A stretch of 64,000 bases of DNA, from contig JBBAWM010000001.1 of assembly GCA_040397175.1 (NCBI GenBank), positions 377,976-441,975 of the forward strand, written 5' to 3'. Under the pieces are notes generated by a model, which did not search any database, was not told where the DNA came from, and was given only the letters and a program-made list of their open reading frames with translations. Within the stretch, counting starts at the first letter, position 1; each line of letters starts with the position of its first letter. Shown one piece after another: positions 47,894-59,939 of the stretch. Made by a program: the position numbers and the translations under genes. Source of the stretch: Candidatus Limnocylindrus sp. GTDB lineage: Bacteria; Chloroflexota; Limnocylindria; Limnocylindrales; Limnocylindraceae.

Positions 47894-50752
47894 ATGCCAT
47901 CCAAACGCCGACTCCTCCTCGTTGATGCCTATGGGCTGATCTACCGCGCCTTTCATGCTCTCCCACCGCTGACAAATAGCCGCGGCCAACTCACCAACGC
48001 GGCGTACGGCTTCACCAGCATCCTGCTGCGAACGATGGCCGATGTGGACCCTGAGCGGGCGATCGTGGCCTTTGACGCCCCAGGCACCACCTATCGACAC
48101 GAGCGATTCCCTGCGTACAAGGCACAGCGGCCGTCGATGCCCGACGAGCTGCGCTCGCAGGTGCCGATCGTGCGCGACCTCGTTGCAGCGCTCGGCCTCC
48201 CACTCCTTGAGGCAACTGGCTATGAGGCAGATGACGTCATTGGCACCATCGCCACCGCCGCGGAGCGCGACGGCTGGGAGGTACACATCGTCTCAGGGGA
48301 CCTCGACATGCTGCAGCTGGTTACCAACAAGGTGCACCTGATGCACACTGCCAAGGGTGGTGCTGATGCGATCGTTGAATACGATCCAGAGCGAGTCTTC
48401 GCGCGGTACGGTCTCACCCCAGAGCAGATGGTCGACTTTAAGTCCCTCAAGGGTGACAGTTCCGACAACATTCCTGGAGTTCCAGGTGTGGGCGAGAAGA
48501 CCGCCTCCAAGTTGATTGCAACCTTTGGCTCCCTAGAGCAGCTCTACGCGCGTTTGGATGAGGTTGAGCCGGTACGCATCCGCGAGGCGCTCGCTGCAAA
48601 CCGTGATGCAGCTTTTGCCGGCCAAGGGCTGATGACCATCGATCGCGATGCACCACTCGCCCTACCGGCCACGGGGGGCGAGATTGGGGTCTATGACCGC
48701 GATGCGGCGCTCGCCCTCTTCCGTGACCTGGAGTTCCGTGCACTCGCGCAGCGCCTACCCCCTCTCATTGGTGAAGATCGTGTCGCAGCAAACGCCGCAG
48801 TGAGCGCTGCAGCGGCGGGGGCTGCGCTGCGTGGCTCCGCTGCGCCGGCCGCAAAGGCTGCTCCGAAGGCGAGCCCTGCAAGCGACCTACAACTTGGGTT
48901 CAACTTCGATGCGGTGACGGCGGGGAATGCCGCTGCCGGCCGATCGACGCAGGCGGAGAGCAGCACCACAGATGAGTCAGATGCCCACGTCAAGATTGAG
49001 CAGGTGAAGCGAGGTGAGCTCGCGGCGGCTGGGATCCGCGTCTTGCGCGCGGCTGATGAGGCACGGGATGCGTTCCGCGGCCTCTCGGCACAGGGGCACC
49101 TAGCGATTGGCGGCGTTGGTGCGGACCGGCGTGGCCCCGAGGCAGAGCTGGCGATTGCAATCGTTGATGACGCGGGCACGATTCTCGCCGCTGATGACGG
49201 CGCCGTCGTGCACGCGCTGCTTGAATCGTTGGCAAGCTCAAACCGTGAGATTGCCGGCCTTGGCATAAAGGGCTTGATCGGCGCCATGGTGAGCATTCGA
49301 CCCGACTCCTCGCCGCACCTTGTTGACGATGTTGCGCTAGGAACCTGGATCTCTAATGTGACGATGCGCAATCCCGGCCTCGTAGAGGTTGCCTCGGTTC
49401 GACTCGGTGCGGATCTTCCTGACAGGCTCGAGCCGCTTCAGGAGGCGGTCCTTGCCGCACTTGTGACACGCGCTTCGCGTGGCCCACTCGCCGAGGAGTT
49501 GCGCGAGGCGGGCACGCTACGCCTCTACCGCGAGATTGAGCTGCCACTCGTCGAAGTACTTGCGCGCATGGAGATCGCGGGCGTTGCCGTGGATCAGGCA
49601 GCGCTGGCCGAGCTTGGCACCGCATTTGGTGCAGAGATCACCCGACTTGAGCGCGAGGCGGTACGGTCGGTCGGCCACGAGGTGGCACTTGGCTCGCCGA
49701 AGCAGCTCGGCGAACTTCTCTTCGTGGAGCTCAACCTCTCGAAAGGGAAGAAGACAAAGACAGGCGCCTGGTCGACCGATGCGAGCGTGCTGGAAGAGAT
49801 CCAGGGAGAGCACCCGATCGTTGGAATTGCCATGGAGTGGCGCACTGTTTCGAAGCTGCAGAGCACCTATGTGGAGGCGCTGCCGAAGCTCGTCGAGGGC
49901 GATGGCCGGGTCCACACCACCTTCCAGCAGGCGGTGGCGGCAACGGGGCGACTCAGCTCGACCGATCCGAACCTGCAGAACATTCCGATCCGCACCGCGC
50001 TCGGCCGCAAGATTCGCAACACCTTCATTGCCGAAAAGGGGAACACGCTGGTGGCGGCCGACTACAGCCAGATTGAGTTGCGCATCTTGGCGCACGTCAC
50101 CCGCGACGAGCACCTGATCGCTGCCTTCGCCGCCGGCGAAGATATTCACCGAGCGACCGCCGCCCGCGTACTCGGTAAGTCCGCCGCCGACGTGAACGAC
50201 GATGAGCGCGCCATGGCCAAGATGGTGAACTTTGGCATTGCCTACGGCATGGGCGACTTCGGCCTGGCCACGCGAGCTGGGATTTCCCGCGATGCGGCGA
50301 AGTCCTTCATCGCGGGCTACTTCGAGCGCTACCCGGGAATTCGTCGCTATATCGACACCATCAAGGAGGAGGCCCGAACGAACGGCTCGGTCACGACGCA
50401 GCTCGGACGCCGCCGGCCGATCCCTGAGCTCCGAGCGGGGAACCCTGCACTGCGTGCGGCGGGGGAGCGCGCCGCGATCAACCATCCGATTCAGGGAACG
50501 GCGGCCGACGTGATCAAGATCGCCATGATCCGGTTGGCGCCACGACTTGCAGAGGCGGGGCTCAAGTCACGACTCGTGCTGCAGGTGCACGACGAACTGT
50601 TGCTTGAGGTGCTGAATGGTGAAGTTGATCGCCTGGTGCCAATTCTCGTGGAGACGATGGAGGGGGCACTCGCACTAGATGTGCCACTCACCGTTGAGGT
50701 GAAGAGCGGTCCCCGATGGGACGAGATGAAGCCGTGGACCGCCCGTGCCTGA
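47894..50752 (+). CDS. polA: DNA polymerase I
   Basis: YRAFHA, YEADD, GDSSDNIPGV, TGRLSSTDPNLQNIP, ADYSQIELR, AKMVNFGIAYG, QVHDEL. Confidence 0.98.
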   Translation: MPSKRRLLLVDAYGLIYRAFHALPPLTNSRGQLTNAAYGFTSILLRTMADVDPERAIVAFDAPGTTYRHERFPAYKAQRPSMPDELRSQVPIVRDLVAALGLPLLEATGYEADDVIGTIATAAERDGWEVHIVSGDLDMLQLVTNKVHLMHTAKGGADAIVEYDPERVFARYGLTPEQMVDFKSLKGDSSDNIPGVPGVGEKTASKLIATFGSLEQLYARLDEVEPVRIREALAANRDAAFAGQGLMTIDRDAPLALPATGGEIGVYDRDAALALFRDLEFRALAQRLPPLIGEDRVAANAAVSAAAAGAALRGSAAPAAKAAPKASPASDLQLGFNFDAVTAGNAAAGRSTQAESSTTDESDAHVKIEQVKRGELAAAGIRVLRAADEARDAFRGLSAQGHLAIGGVGADRRGPEAELAIAIVDDAGTILAADDGAVVHALLESLASSNREIAGLGIKGLIGAMVSIRPDSSPHLVDDVALGTWISNVTMRNPGLVEVASVRLGADLPDRLEPLQEAVLAALVTRASRGPLAEELREAGTLRLYREIELPLVEVLARMEIAGVAVDQAALAELGTAFGAEITRLEREAVRSVGHEVALGSPKQLGELLFVELNLSKGKKTKTGAWSTDASVLEEIQGEHPIVGIAMEWRTVSKLQSTYVEALPKLVEGDGRVHTTFQQAVAATGRLSSTDPNLQNIPIRTALGRKIRNTFIAEKGNTLVAADYSQIELRILAHVTRDEHLIAAFAAGEDIHRATAARVLGKSAADVNDDERAMAKMVNFGIAYGMGDFGLATRAGISRDAAKSFIAGYFERYPGIRRYIDTIKEEARTNGSVTTQLGRRRPIPELRAGNPALRAAGERAAINHPIQGTAADVIKIAMIRLAPRLAEAGLKSRLVLQVHDELLLEVLNGEVDRLVPILVETMEGALALDVPLTVEVKSGPRWDEMKPWTARA

Positions 50753-51740
50753 ACTGCCTGAGGTGGAGACGGTTGTCCGCGATCTTGCCCGACTCGTTCG
50801 TGGTGCCACGATTACGGGCGCCAACGTCTTTCGTGAGCGCAATCTTTTGACCCCCGATGCCCCCTCGTTCGCCGAGGCGGTCCGCGGTCGGCGTATCCTC
50901 GGCACGCGGCGCCGCGCGAAGTGGATCATCGTGGAGCTCTCCGGCGGAATCTTGTTACTCGTCCACCTGCGCATGACAGGACAACTATTGGTCCTGCCCG
51001 CTGCGGCGGAGAGGGATTCCTACATTCGCCTCTCGCTCACCTTGGACGACGGTCGAGAGCTGCGCTTCCGAGACGTTCGTGCGTTCGGACGCGTGGCGCT
51101 TGTCGCGCAGCGTAGCGACGGCGAGGCCGCTTCAAGCCTCGACCCGCACTCGCCGCCGCTTCTCGCCGATCACGGGGTTGAGCCGCTCGAAGCGGCGTTC
51201 ACCGCAGACGCCCTGCGCTCACTGATTACGCGACGTGGGACGCGCATCAAGAGCCTCCTCCTCGACCAGCGCTGCATCGTAGGGATCGGTAACATCTACG
51301 CCGATGAGGCGCTCTGGCGCGCGAAAATCCATCCGCTCACCCCTGCGAGCGCGTTGCGATCCGCTCAAACTGACGCGCTGCACCTTGCGATCGTTGGCGT
51401 CCTCAGCGAGGCTGTGGCCGCGCGTGGCTCTTCGATCAACGACTACACAGCGCCCGATGGCGATGGTGAGATGCAGGAGCGCCTTGATGTGTATCAACGT
51501 ACAGGCGAACCATGCCACCGTTGCGGCGCAGCAATTCAGCGTTCGGTCGTGGGGGGTCGTGGCACGCATGTGTGCCGTACCTGCCAGCGCGCACCACGCG
51601 GCGTGGGCCGCACCGTGGCGTCGCGTGCCATGCGCGGGCCCCGTTGGAGCGAGCGTGTGACACCAGAGACGGTTGGGGCAACGCGCAGCGAGCGTGCTGC
51701 GGCGCGTCGCCGCTCGGCGCGCCAGGGGGAGGCGGCATGA
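50745..51740 (+). CDS. mutM: Formamidopyrimidine-DNA glycosylase
   Basis: PELPEVE, HLRMTG, GIGNIYADE, Zn finger CHRC...CRTCQ; basic C-terminal tail. Confidence 0.96.
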   Translation: MPELPEVETVVRDLARLVRGATITGANVFRERNLLTPDAPSFAEAVRGRRILGTRRRAKWIIVELSGGILLLVHLRMTGQLLVLPAAAERDSYIRLSLTLDDGRELRFRDVRAFGRVALVAQRSDGEAASSLDPHSPPLLADHGVEPLEAAFTADALRSLITRRGTRIKSLLLDQRCIVGIGNIYADEALWRAKIHPLTPASALRSAQTDALHLAIVGVLSEAVAARGSSINDYTAPDGDGEMQERLDVYQRTGEPCHRCGAAIQRSVVGGRGTHVCRTCQRAPRGVGRTVASRAMRGPRWSERVTPETVGATRSERAAARRRSARQGEAA

Positions 51741-53698
51741 GCATCATTACGTTGAGCGATGTTCGCCGCGAGATCGGCGCCGCCGTCATCCTCGATGAGG
51801 TAACGCTGAGCGTTGCCGCGGGGGAGCGCATCGGCCTGGTCGGCCCGAACGGGGCAGGGAAGACGACCCTCCTCAAGATGGTCGCCGGACTCGAATCGCC
51901 TGACCAGGGTCGTGTGCAACATGCGAAGGGCCTGCGTATTAACCTGCTCGCGCAAGAGTCGGCGCAGGACCCCGAACTGCTGAACGCCCCAACGCTCATT
52001 GACGCCGTGATCGGGGGCGCCGCCGAGATCGTCTCCCTTGCCGCTGCGCTGCGCGAGATGGAGCTCGAAGGACGTGCGGGCTCAACCGAGTATGCCGAGG
52101 CACGCACCAAATTCGATGCCGCCGATGGCTACGCCCTCGAGGACAGGGTTGGCGCAGCTCTGCGTGGACTCGGATTCCCAACCGCCCGACATAGTGAGGC
52201 CCCCGCACGCCTCTCCGGAGGGGAGCAGACCCGCGTCGCCCTGGCCCGACTTGTAATCGCCGACCCAGACCTGCTGCTGCTCGACGAGCCGACGAACCAT
52301 CTCGACATTCAGGCGATCGAGTGGCTCGAAGGTGCGCTGCGCGCACGCAATGGCGCACTCATCGTTGCCAGCCACGATCGCGCCTTCCTTGATGCGGTCA
52401 TCGATCGAGTCTGGGAGGTCCGTGCCCATCATGTGACGCGCTTCCGCGGGGATTACAGCGCCTATGCAAAGCAGCGCGGTGCCGCCGATGAGGGTGACGA
52501 GCGCGACGCAGATCGTCGCGAGAAGGAGATCGCGCGCGAGCGTGAACTCACGCAGACGTATCGCAGCCATCGCAAGTACGCAAAGATGCACGAGCATGAG
52601 CGCCGTCTCGCAGCGATCGAGCCGGTCGTTCGTGAGCGCAAGGCGATCTCGCTGTCGATCGCTGCCGAGGGAGCTGGTCGCGGCCCAGCTGAACCGTTGC
52701 GGGTGAGCGAGGCGTCCATCGGATACCGAGAGCCCGCGCAGGTGGAGATCACCCGCGCGCGTAGCCTCGCCCTTCGCCGCGGCGAGCGTGTCGGAATCGT
52801 TGGTCCCAACGGCGCTGGAAAATCTACGTTGCTCAAGACCATCGCAGGACTCCTCCCAGCCCTCGACGGAAACGTCGAGATTGCCGGTGGGGTCGTCCCT
52901 GGATATCTTGCGCAGGTCCGCGCGGCCGGGCTCCATGGTGCCACGGTGCTTGAGGCGTTGCGCACCGCCGTACCCGTCGAGGTTTCCGAAGCGCGGGCAC
53001 ATCTTGCGAAGTTCCTCTTTCGTGGGGATGCGGTCGGGAAAGAGGTTGCGGTGCTCTCTGGTGGCGAGCGAAGCCGGTTGGAGCTCGCAATCCTTGGTCT
53101 GATGCCCGCGAACCTGTTGCTGCTCGACGAGCCAACGAACCACCTCGACATCGACGCGTGCGAATCGCTTGAGCGCTTCCTTCTCGATGGCGAGCGCACC
53201 CTGCTGGTCGTGAGCCACGATCGTCGACTTCTTGAGCGCATCTGTACGTCGCTCTGGGTGGTCGAGGGCGGCGTCGTTGCCGCCTTCGACGGTGGGTATA
53301 CCGCGTGGCGGGAGGCGGTCGCGTCCGGGTGGAGCACGGCCAGTGCCGACGCTCTCGTTGCCGGCCGACTCGGTGCGCCAAGTGCCCTTGCCACTTCGCA
53401 CGCTGTTCTCACGAAGCCCCAGTCGAACGTTGCTGTGCCGGCCGCCAAGAAGAGTGCGCCGCCGAAGCCGGAGCGGCTCAGCAAGGAGCAGGCACGACGA
53501 CGGCGTTCCGCAATCGAGGCAGATCTTGAGCGACATGGATTACGGAAGGGACACCTTGAATTGGCGATGCTTGATCCAAACATTCTCGCCTCGTATACGG
53601 AACTCTCCAAGGTGGCGAGCGAGCTCGCCGACGTGACAGCGGCGCTCCAGCAGGCGGAAGAAGCATGGCTCGCCCTCGAGGGGGAGGTGGCGAAGTGA
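51737..53698 (+). CDS. ABC-F family ATPase (Uup-like, C-terminal coiled coil)
   Basis: Two NBDs (GPNGAGKT/S, LSGGE, LLLDEPTNHLD, SHDR), no TM; SD GGAGG and ATGA overlap. Confidence 0.93.
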   Translation: MSIITLSDVRREIGAAVILDEVTLSVAAGERIGLVGPNGAGKTTLLKMVAGLESPDQGRVQHAKGLRINLLAQESAQDPELLNAPTLIDAVIGGAAEIVSLAAALREMELEGRAGSTEYAEARTKFDAADGYALEDRVGAALRGLGFPTARHSEAPARLSGGEQTRVALARLVIADPDLLLLDEPTNHLDIQAIEWLEGALRARNGALIVASHDRAFLDAVIDRVWEVRAHHVTRFRGDYSAYAKQRGAADEGDERDADRREKEIARERELTQTYRSHRKYAKMHEHERRLAAIEPVVRERKAISLSIAAEGAGRGPAEPLRVSEASIGYREPAQVEITRARSLALRRGERVGIVGPNGAGKSTLLKTIAGLLPALDGNVEIAGGVVPGYLAQVRAAGLHGATVLEALRTAVPVEVSEARAHLAKFLFRGDAVGKEVAVLSGGERSRLELAILGLMPANLLLLDEPTNHLDIDACESLERFLLDGERTLLVVSHDRRLLERICTSLWVVEGGVVAAFDGGYTAWREAVASGWSTASADALVAGRLGAPSALATSHAVLTKPQSNVAVPAAKKSAPPKPERLSKEQARRRRSAIEADLERHGLRKGHLELAMLDPNILASYTELSKVASELADVTAALQQAEEAWLALEGEVAK

Positions 53699-54342
53699 GC
53701 GAGCGACTCGTTCGTGTTGGCCTTGGCGGGCTCATCGCTTCAGGAAAGAGCAGTCTCGCCGCAGCGCTTGTTGCGAGTTCCGAGCTACGCCAGGCCATTG
53801 GCGGAGCCGTGGAGTACCTGGACGTTGATGCACTCCTGCGTGCTGCACGTTTGTCTGACACGCCACTTCGTGATGCCATTCTTGCCGCCGTGCCAGATGC
53901 GCGCCGCGTCGATGGGAGCCTCGACACGACGCTCCTCGCAGCACGCGCGTTCGGCGATCCTGCAGTGATGCGCCGCCTTGAGCATCTGCAGTGGCCGGTC
54001 GTTCGCGAAACGCTGAGCGAGGCGAGCCGAGCGGCAGAGGCACGAGGTGTTCGACTCCTGCTGGTGGAGGCGATCGCACTCGGGCGTTCTGGGCTGGCCA
54101 AGGAGCTCGACGGGAGTCTCTTCCTCCACGTTGATGAGGGAGCCCGTCGCCAGCGCTTCGTGGTCCGCGGTGGCAGCGAAGAAGATTTCCAGGTGCGCAA
54201 CGCCGTACAGGCGGGGATCCCTGCGGAGATGGCGGGGATCGGGGCGGTGCCGATTGACGGGAGTGGGACGCTGCCTGAGACCGTGCACGCCGCGAGCCTC
54301 GCGCTGCGCCGCCTATGCTTGCAGGGTGAATCCGCCGACTGA
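53695..54342 (+). CDS. coaE: Dephospho-CoA kinase
   Basis: [32 protein letters not shown]; polA-mutM-coaE context. Confidence 0.82.
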   Translation: MSERLVRVGLGGLIASGKSSLAAALVASSELRQAIGGAVEYLDVDALLRAARLSDTPLRDAILAAVPDARRVDGSLDTTLLAARAFGDPAVMRRLEHLQWPVVRETLSEASRAAEARGVRLLLVEAIALGRSGLAKELDGSLFLHVDEGARRQRFVVRGGSEEDFQVRNAVQAGIPAEMAGIGAVPIDGSGTLPETVHAASLALRRLCLQGESAD

Positions 54343-56680
54343 ACCTACCGATGAACTGGCCCCCGCGACGGGGCACCCCTTCGCCCTGCGCTCCGACTTC
54401 GTTCCCACCGGCGACCAACCTACCGCCATCACAGAGCTCGTCCAAGGGCTCACCGATGGTCTCCATCACCAGGTCTTGCTCGGAGCAACAGGAACGGGGA
54501 AGACTTTCACCATTGCCAACGTCATTCAGCAGGTGCAGCGGCCGACGCTCGTCCTTGCGCATAACAAGACGCTCGCCGCCCAGCTCTACGCCGAGCTCAA
54601 GGAGTTCTTCCCCGAGAACGCTGTCGAATACTTCGTCTCCTACTTCGACTACTACCAGCCAGAGGCCTACCTCCCGCGCTCCGACACCTATATCGAGAAA
54701 GACTCCAGCCGCAATGATGAGATAGACCAGCTCCGACACGCCGCTACCAAGGCGCTCTTCGAGCGACGTGACACCATCATCGTCGCCTCGGTCTCGTGTA
54801 TCTACGGTCTCGGTGCGCCTGTGGATTACGGCGCCACCGTGCTGAAGGTGCGCAAGTCTGGCAAGTATCGCCGCGATGCAATCTTGCGGCACCTCGTCGA
54901 CCTGCAATACCAACGCAACGACGCCACCCTCGGCCGCGCCAAGTTCCGAGTGCGTGGTGACACGCTCGAGGTGCAGCCCGCGGGTGAAGAAACGATCCTG
55001 CGCGTGGAGTTCTTCGGCGATGAGGTGGAACGGATCGCCGAGGTTGATCCACTGACGGGGGAGATCCTGGCAGAGCGTAACGAGATGACGATCTACCCCG
55101 CCACCCACTATGTAACGCCGGCGGACAAGTTGAAGGAAGCCATTCGAGACATTGAGGTCGAGATGGAGAGTCGGTGCCGTGAGTTGGAGGCGACGGGGAA
55201 GGTGCTCGAGGCGGCCCGCCTGCGGCAGCGCACCACCTTTGACTTGGAGATGATGCGCGAGGTGGGCTTCTGCTCCGGGATCGAGAATTACTCGCGCCAC
55301 CTCTCGCGCCGCGAACCTGGCTCCCGACCGTGGACCCTGCTCGATTACTTCCCAGCTGATTGGCTCCTTGTCGTCGACGAGAGCCACATGAGCATTCCGC
55401 AGGTCGTTGGCATGTACAAGAACGACCGGTCGCGGAAAGAGATCCTTGTTGATTTCGGCTTCCGTCTGCCGAGCGCCCTTGATAATCGCCCGTTGACCTT
55501 TGAGGAGTTCGAGACAAGCGTGCGACAGGCGATCTACGTCTCTGCAACGCCAGGAAGCTACGAGCGCGAACGAGCAGACAAGGTCGTGCAACAGCTCATT
55601 CGGCCAACAGGAGTTGTCGATCCCCACATCACCGTGCTCCCAACGAAGGGGCAGATCGACGATCTGCTGGAGCGCATCCAGGGTCGCGTCAAGAAGAAGG
55701 AGCGCGTGATCGTGACCACCCTGACGAAGCGCATGGCCGAAGAGCTCTCGTCGTACCTGGAAGAGGCTGGGATCCGCGTGCGCTACCTCCACAGCGAGAT
55801 CGACACGCTTGAGCGCATTGAAATCTTGCGTGACCTGCGCCTTGGTGTGTTCGACGTCATCGTCGGGATCAACCTGCTCCGCGAGGGGATCGACCTCCCT
55901 GAGGTGACGCTGGTGGCGATCCTGGATGCCGACAAGGAGGGTTTCCTGCGTTCAGCGTGGGCACTCATCCAAACGGTCGGACGCGCGGCGCGCAACACGG
56001 GCGGTGAGGTTGTCTTCTACGCCGACAAGATGACCGACTCCATGAAGGTGGCGATCTCTGAGACGGATCGACGGCGCGCGATCCAGGAGCAGTGGAATAT
56101 CGATCACGGCATCACCGCCACCACCATCTCGAAGCCGATCCGCGACCTGAACGATCGACTAAAGAGCGTCGCCGAGAAGTCCGACACCTACGCCGGCGGG
56201 AAACGCGGTGGTGCCTTGAGCGAGGTTGGCCGTACGGAGATTGAGAAGCTGGTGACCCAGCTTGAGGCGCAGATGAAGATCGCCTCCAAGGCGCTCGAGT
56301 TCGAGCGCGCCGCGGCCATTCGCGACGAGATTCGCATGTTGCGAACGGCGGTGCTCGAAGAGGATGCGGCGACGGCGATTGAGCGGGCAGCCGAGCGCGC
56401 GGCTCGAGAGGGTCAGGGCGGAGGCCGACGCGGTGCTCCCGCAAAGACGGCTCCGCAGGGGATTGGCGCCGCTGCACACACGCTCGTTGCGCCGGCGCTG
56501 GACACGGCTGCCGACTGGCTCCCAGGCCTTCGCGACGAGCATGAGGAGGAGACGGGTACGATCCCCGATGCGGGTCAGCCTGCAGCGGCTGAGGCGCCCG
56601 TGCGTCGGCGCACCTGGGACCCAAGCGTGACGCCGAATGTGATCAAGCGCCGTGGCGAGCGGCCGAAGCGAAGGGGGTAG
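54326..56680 (+). CDS. uvrB: Excinuclease ABC subunit B
   Basis: [48 protein letters not shown]; start GTG 54326. Confidence 0.98.
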   Translation: MNPPTEPTDELAPATGHPFALRSDFVPTGDQPTAITELVQGLTDGLHHQVLLGATGTGKTFTIANVIQQVQRPTLVLAHNKTLAAQLYAELKEFFPENAVEYFVSYFDYYQPEAYLPRSDTYIEKDSSRNDEIDQLRHAATKALFERRDTIIVASVSCIYGLGAPVDYGATVLKVRKSGKYRRDAILRHLVDLQYQRNDATLGRAKFRVRGDTLEVQPAGEETILRVEFFGDEVERIAEVDPLTGEILAERNEMTIYPATHYVTPADKLKEAIRDIEVEMESRCRELEATGKVLEAARLRQRTTFDLEMMREVGFCSGIENYSRHLSRREPGSRPWTLLDYFPADWLLVVDESHMSIPQVVGMYKNDRSRKEILVDFGFRLPSALDNRPLTFEEFETSVRQAIYVSATPGSYERERADKVVQQLIRPTGVVDPHITVLPTKGQIDDLLERIQGRVKKKERVIVTTLTKRMAEELSSYLEEAGIRVRYLHSEIDTLERIEILRDLRLGVFDVIVGINLLREGIDLPEVTLVAILDADKEGFLRSAWALIQTVGRAARNTGGEVVFYADKMTDSMKVAISETDRRRAIQEQWNIDHGITATTISKPIRDLNDRLKSVAEKSDTYAGGKRGGALSEVGRTEIEKLVTQLEAQMKIASKALEFERAAAIRDEIRMLRTAVLEEDAATAIERAAERAAREGQGGGRRGAPAKTAPQGIGAAAHTLVAPALDTAADWLPGLRDEHEEETGTIPDAGQPAAAEAPVRRRTWDPSVTPNVIKRRGERPKRRG

Positions 56681-56682
56681 TC

Positions 56683-59589
56683 GTGGGACAGAACAAGATC
56701 TCCGTTCGCGGCGCCCGCGAGCACAACCTCAAGGGGATCGATCTCGACATTCCCCGCGACCAGCTTGTCGTCGTCACCGGCATCTCCGGCTCGGGTAAGT
56801 CAAGCCTCGCCTTCGACACGATTTACGCTGAGGGTCAGCGGCGCTACGTGGAGAGCCTTTCGGCCTACGCTCGCCAATTCCTCGGGCAGATGGAGAAGCC
56901 CGACGTTGATTCCATCGATGGGCTATCGCCGGCCATCTCCATTGACCAGAAGGGCTCCTCGCGCAATCCGCGTTCGACGGTCGGCACAATCACCGAGATC
57001 TGGGACCACTTGCGACTGCTCTACGCGCGTGCCGGCACCCCGCACTGCCCAAAGTGCGATCGCCCAATTAGTCGTGTCTCACTCGACCAGATCGTCGAAG
57101 AGATCCTCAAGCTCCCTGACGGCACGCGCATCCTTGTGCTTGGCCCACTCCTGCGCGATCGAAAGAGTGAAGGGGAGCGCATGTACGAAGCGGCCCGCAA
57201 GTCGGGATTCAGCCGTGTGCGAGTGGATGGCATCCAATACGACCTTGGTGCCGATGACCTGCCGAAGCTCGATAAGAAGAAGCGTCACTCCATTGAGGTC
57301 ATCGTCGACCGATTTGTGGTCCAGCATCCCGTCGATGAGAAGGGGAAGCCGCTGCCGATCCCTGATCGCAGCCGGCTCGCCGACTCAGTGGAGACGGCGA
57401 TCAAGCTGGGTGAGGGGCTCGCCATTGTTGCCCCTGCGCCAGCTGAGAAGGAGAAGCCAACCTTCGAAGAGCGACTCTTCAGCGAGAAGCTTGGCTGCGC
57501 CTACGACGGCACGGTGATCGATGACCTGCAGCCGCGTTCGTTCAGCTTTAACTCCCCGCATGGCGCCTGCGAAACCTGTACCGGACTCGGCTTCCGCCTC
57601 GAGGTCGACGAGGAGCGTGTGATTGATCCCGAGAAGTCGGTGCTCAACGGTGGTTTGATTCCGTGGTCCCGTTCGCCGGAGGGGAGCTGGTACTTAAAGG
57701 TGGTCACCGCGGCGATGAAGGCGAACAAGTGGAATCCGAAGACACCACTGGGCGATCTCCCTAAGGGCGCACTTGATTACCTGCTGCACGCCGAGCGCGA
57801 GGACCGCTACACGGTCACCTATGAGAACTCGAGTTACAGCAACACCTATAAGGCTGCGTTCGAGGGAATCATCGCCAACCTTGAGCGTCGGCATAAAGAG
57901 ACGGAATCAGAGTTGGTGCGCGTCGAGATTGAGCGCTACATGGTGAGTAGGCCCTGCCCCGACTGCAAGGGTCGCCGCCTGAAGCCTGAAATCCTCGCCG
58001 TGCGCGTGGACGGTCGCAACATCGCCGAGGTGGCCTCCATGCCGATCGGCGAGCTGGTCCCGTGGATCAACACCCTCTCCAAGGCGCTCGGCGAGCGCGA
58101 GCGCACCATCGCGAAGGCGGTCATCAAGGAGATCAGCGAGCGCGCCGGCTTCCTTGTGGATGTTGGCCTCGACTATCTCACCGTTGATCGCTCCGCAACC
58201 ACGCTCTCGGGTGGCGAGGCGCAGCGCATTCGTCTCGCAACACAGATTGGCTCGCGCCTGGTCGGCGTCCTCTACATCCTTGATGAGCCCTCGATTGGCT
58301 TGCATCAGCGGGATAATGCACGCCTGATCGCCACGCTGATACGACTGCGCGACCTTGGCAATACGGTGCTAGTGGTCGAGCACGATGAAGAGACGATTCG
58401 CACCGCCGATTGGGTCGTTGACATTGGCCCTGGAGCAGGCGAGATGGGCGGCCGGCTGATTTCGAACGGCTCGTTCAAGGATCTCCTCGCAGCGAAGGAT
58501 TCCATTACGGGCGCCTACCTTCGAGGTGACCGCTCGGTGGCGGTGCCAAAGACGCGTCGCAAGGGGAGTGGCAAGGCGATCACGGTCAAGGGGGCGCGGG
58601 AGCACAATCTCCGCGAGCTTGATGTCGCCTTCCCGCTCGGGGAATTCGTTGCAGTGACTGGCGTTTCGGGGAGCGGCAAGAGCACCCTCGTTACCGACAT
58701 CTTGCAGAAGGCCCTCGCGCGCAGGCTGCACGGCGCGAAAGATCGACCAGGGGCGCACGACCGCATCACCGGCCTCGATGAGATCGACAAGGTGATCGAG
58801 ATCGACCAGAGTCCAATCGGCCGAACGCCACGCTCGAATCCCGCCACCTATGTCGGCCTCTTTACCCCGATCCGCGAGCTCTTCGCGGCGACGCAAGAGG
58901 CACGACTCCGCGGCTACTCCGCTGGCCGATTCTCCTTCAACGTCAAGGGTGGCCGCTGCGAAACCTGCTCTGGCGACGGCATCCTGCAGATCGAGATGCA
59001 GTTCCTTCCCGATGTCTATGTGCCCTGTGAAACCTGCCACGGGAAGCGCTACAACCGCGAGGCGCTCGAGGTGACCTGGAAGGGGATGACGATCGCCGAT
59101 GTCCTGGAGCTTCAGGTAGAAGATGCACTGGAGCGCTTCTCTGCGGTGCCAGCGATTCGCAATCGGCTGAAGACGCTGAGTGAAGTTGGGCTCGGCTATC
59201 TGCGCCTAGGGCAGGCGGCAACGACCCTCTCTGGTGGTGAAGCGCAGCGCATCAAGCTCGCCACTGAACTCGCTCGTCGCTCCACTGGACGCACGATGTA
59301 CATCCTCGACGAGCCGACCACGGGGTTGCATTTCGCCGATGTCGATCGACTGCTGCACGTGCTGCATCGCCTGGTTGACGGCGGTAATAGCGTCATCGTG
59401 ATTGAACACAACCTTGATGTGATCAAGACCGCGGATTGGGTGATCGACCTTGGTCCCGATGGCGGGAGCCGTGGCGGTGAACTCATTGCGGAGGGGACAC
59501 CTGAGGCGGTCGCAAAGGTGAAGCGCAGCCACACCGGTCGCTATCTCGCCCTTGCGCTGAAGGGCGAGCCGATTCACTCGCTGGAGTAG
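56683..59589 (+). CDS. uvrA: Excinuclease ABC subunit A
   Basis: [29 protein letters not shown], two LSGGEAQRI, Zn fingers. Confidence 0.99.
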   Translation: MGQNKISVRGAREHNLKGIDLDIPRDQLVVVTGISGSGKSSLAFDTIYAEGQRRYVESLSAYARQFLGQMEKPDVDSIDGLSPAISIDQKGSSRNPRSTVGTITEIWDHLRLLYARAGTPHCPKCDRPISRVSLDQIVEEILKLPDGTRILVLGPLLRDRKSEGERMYEAARKSGFSRVRVDGIQYDLGADDLPKLDKKKRHSIEVIVDRFVVQHPVDEKGKPLPIPDRSRLADSVETAIKLGEGLAIVAPAPAEKEKPTFEERLFSEKLGCAYDGTVIDDLQPRSFSFNSPHGACETCTGLGFRLEVDEERVIDPEKSVLNGGLIPWSRSPEGSWYLKVVTAAMKANKWNPKTPLGDLPKGALDYLLHAEREDRYTVTYENSSYSNTYKAAFEGIIANLERRHKETESELVRVEIERYMVSRPCPDCKGRRLKPEILAVRVDGRNIAEVASMPIGELVPWINTLSKALGERERTIAKAVIKEISERAGFLVDVGLDYLTVDRSATTLSGGEAQRIRLATQIGSRLVGVLYILDEPSIGLHQRDNARLIATLIRLRDLGNTVLVVEHDEETIRTADWVVDIGPGAGEMGGRLISNGSFKDLLAAKDSITGAYLRGDRSVAVPKTRRKGSGKAITVKGAREHNLRELDVAFPLGEFVAVTGVSGSGKSTLVTDILQKALARRLHGAKDRPGAHDRITGLDEIDKVIEIDQSPIGRTPRSNPATYVGLFTPIRELFAATQEARLRGYSAGRFSFNVKGGRCETCSGDGILQIEMQFLPDVYVPCETCHGKRYNREALEVTWKGMTIADVLELQVEDALERFSAVPAIRNRLKTLSEVGLGYLRLGQAATTLSGGEAQRIKLATELARRSTGRTMYILDEPTTGLHFADVDRLLHVLHRLVDGGNSVIVIEHNLDVIKTADWVIDLGPDGGSRGGELIAEGTPEAVAKVKRSHTGRYLALALKGEPIHSLE

Positions 59590-59591
59590 CG

Positions 59592-59939
59592 ATGGCTGAG
59601 CCCCACCTCCCTCGCCACGCCGATCCATCGCTCGATCAGGCCGGGCTCCGCGCAGCCCAACTGCTCGAGCGGATCCTTGATGAACTCGTTGACGAGCGAG
59701 CCCGCGCCAGATTCTTGCCCTACCGCGCCTGGACGACGCAGCTTCGCGATGCCCACGGAGCAGCGCTGCGAAAGGGTGTTGTTGCCGTGCGCGCCGCTCT
59801 TGGGCCGGGAGATGGTCTCGCCGATATCGCCTCGGGTGAAGCGGTGACCGAGCTTCGCGAAGCGCTCGACGAGATCCTTCGCATCTTGAATCGCCGCGCT
59901 GCGCTGCGCGGGCGCACAGGGGCACGTGATGGCGCCTGA
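59592..59939 (+). CDS. Hypothetical helical protein (115 aa)
   Basis: Fills the uvrA-uvrC gap exactly; amphipathic helical pattern. Confidence 0.7.
   Translation: MAEPHLPRHADPSLDQAGLRAAQLLERILDELVDERARARFLPYRAWTTQLRDAHGAALRKGVVAVRAALGPGDGLADIASGEAVTELREALDEILRILNRRAALRGRTGARDGA

Noticed and set aside
53732-55792. 686-aa antisense ORF, and similar ones at 41320-42711, 42847-44145, 23200-24528, 52082-53536 and 3544-4761
   Set aside because: Shadow frames opposite conserved genes, expected from high-GC codon bias; no recognisable motifs
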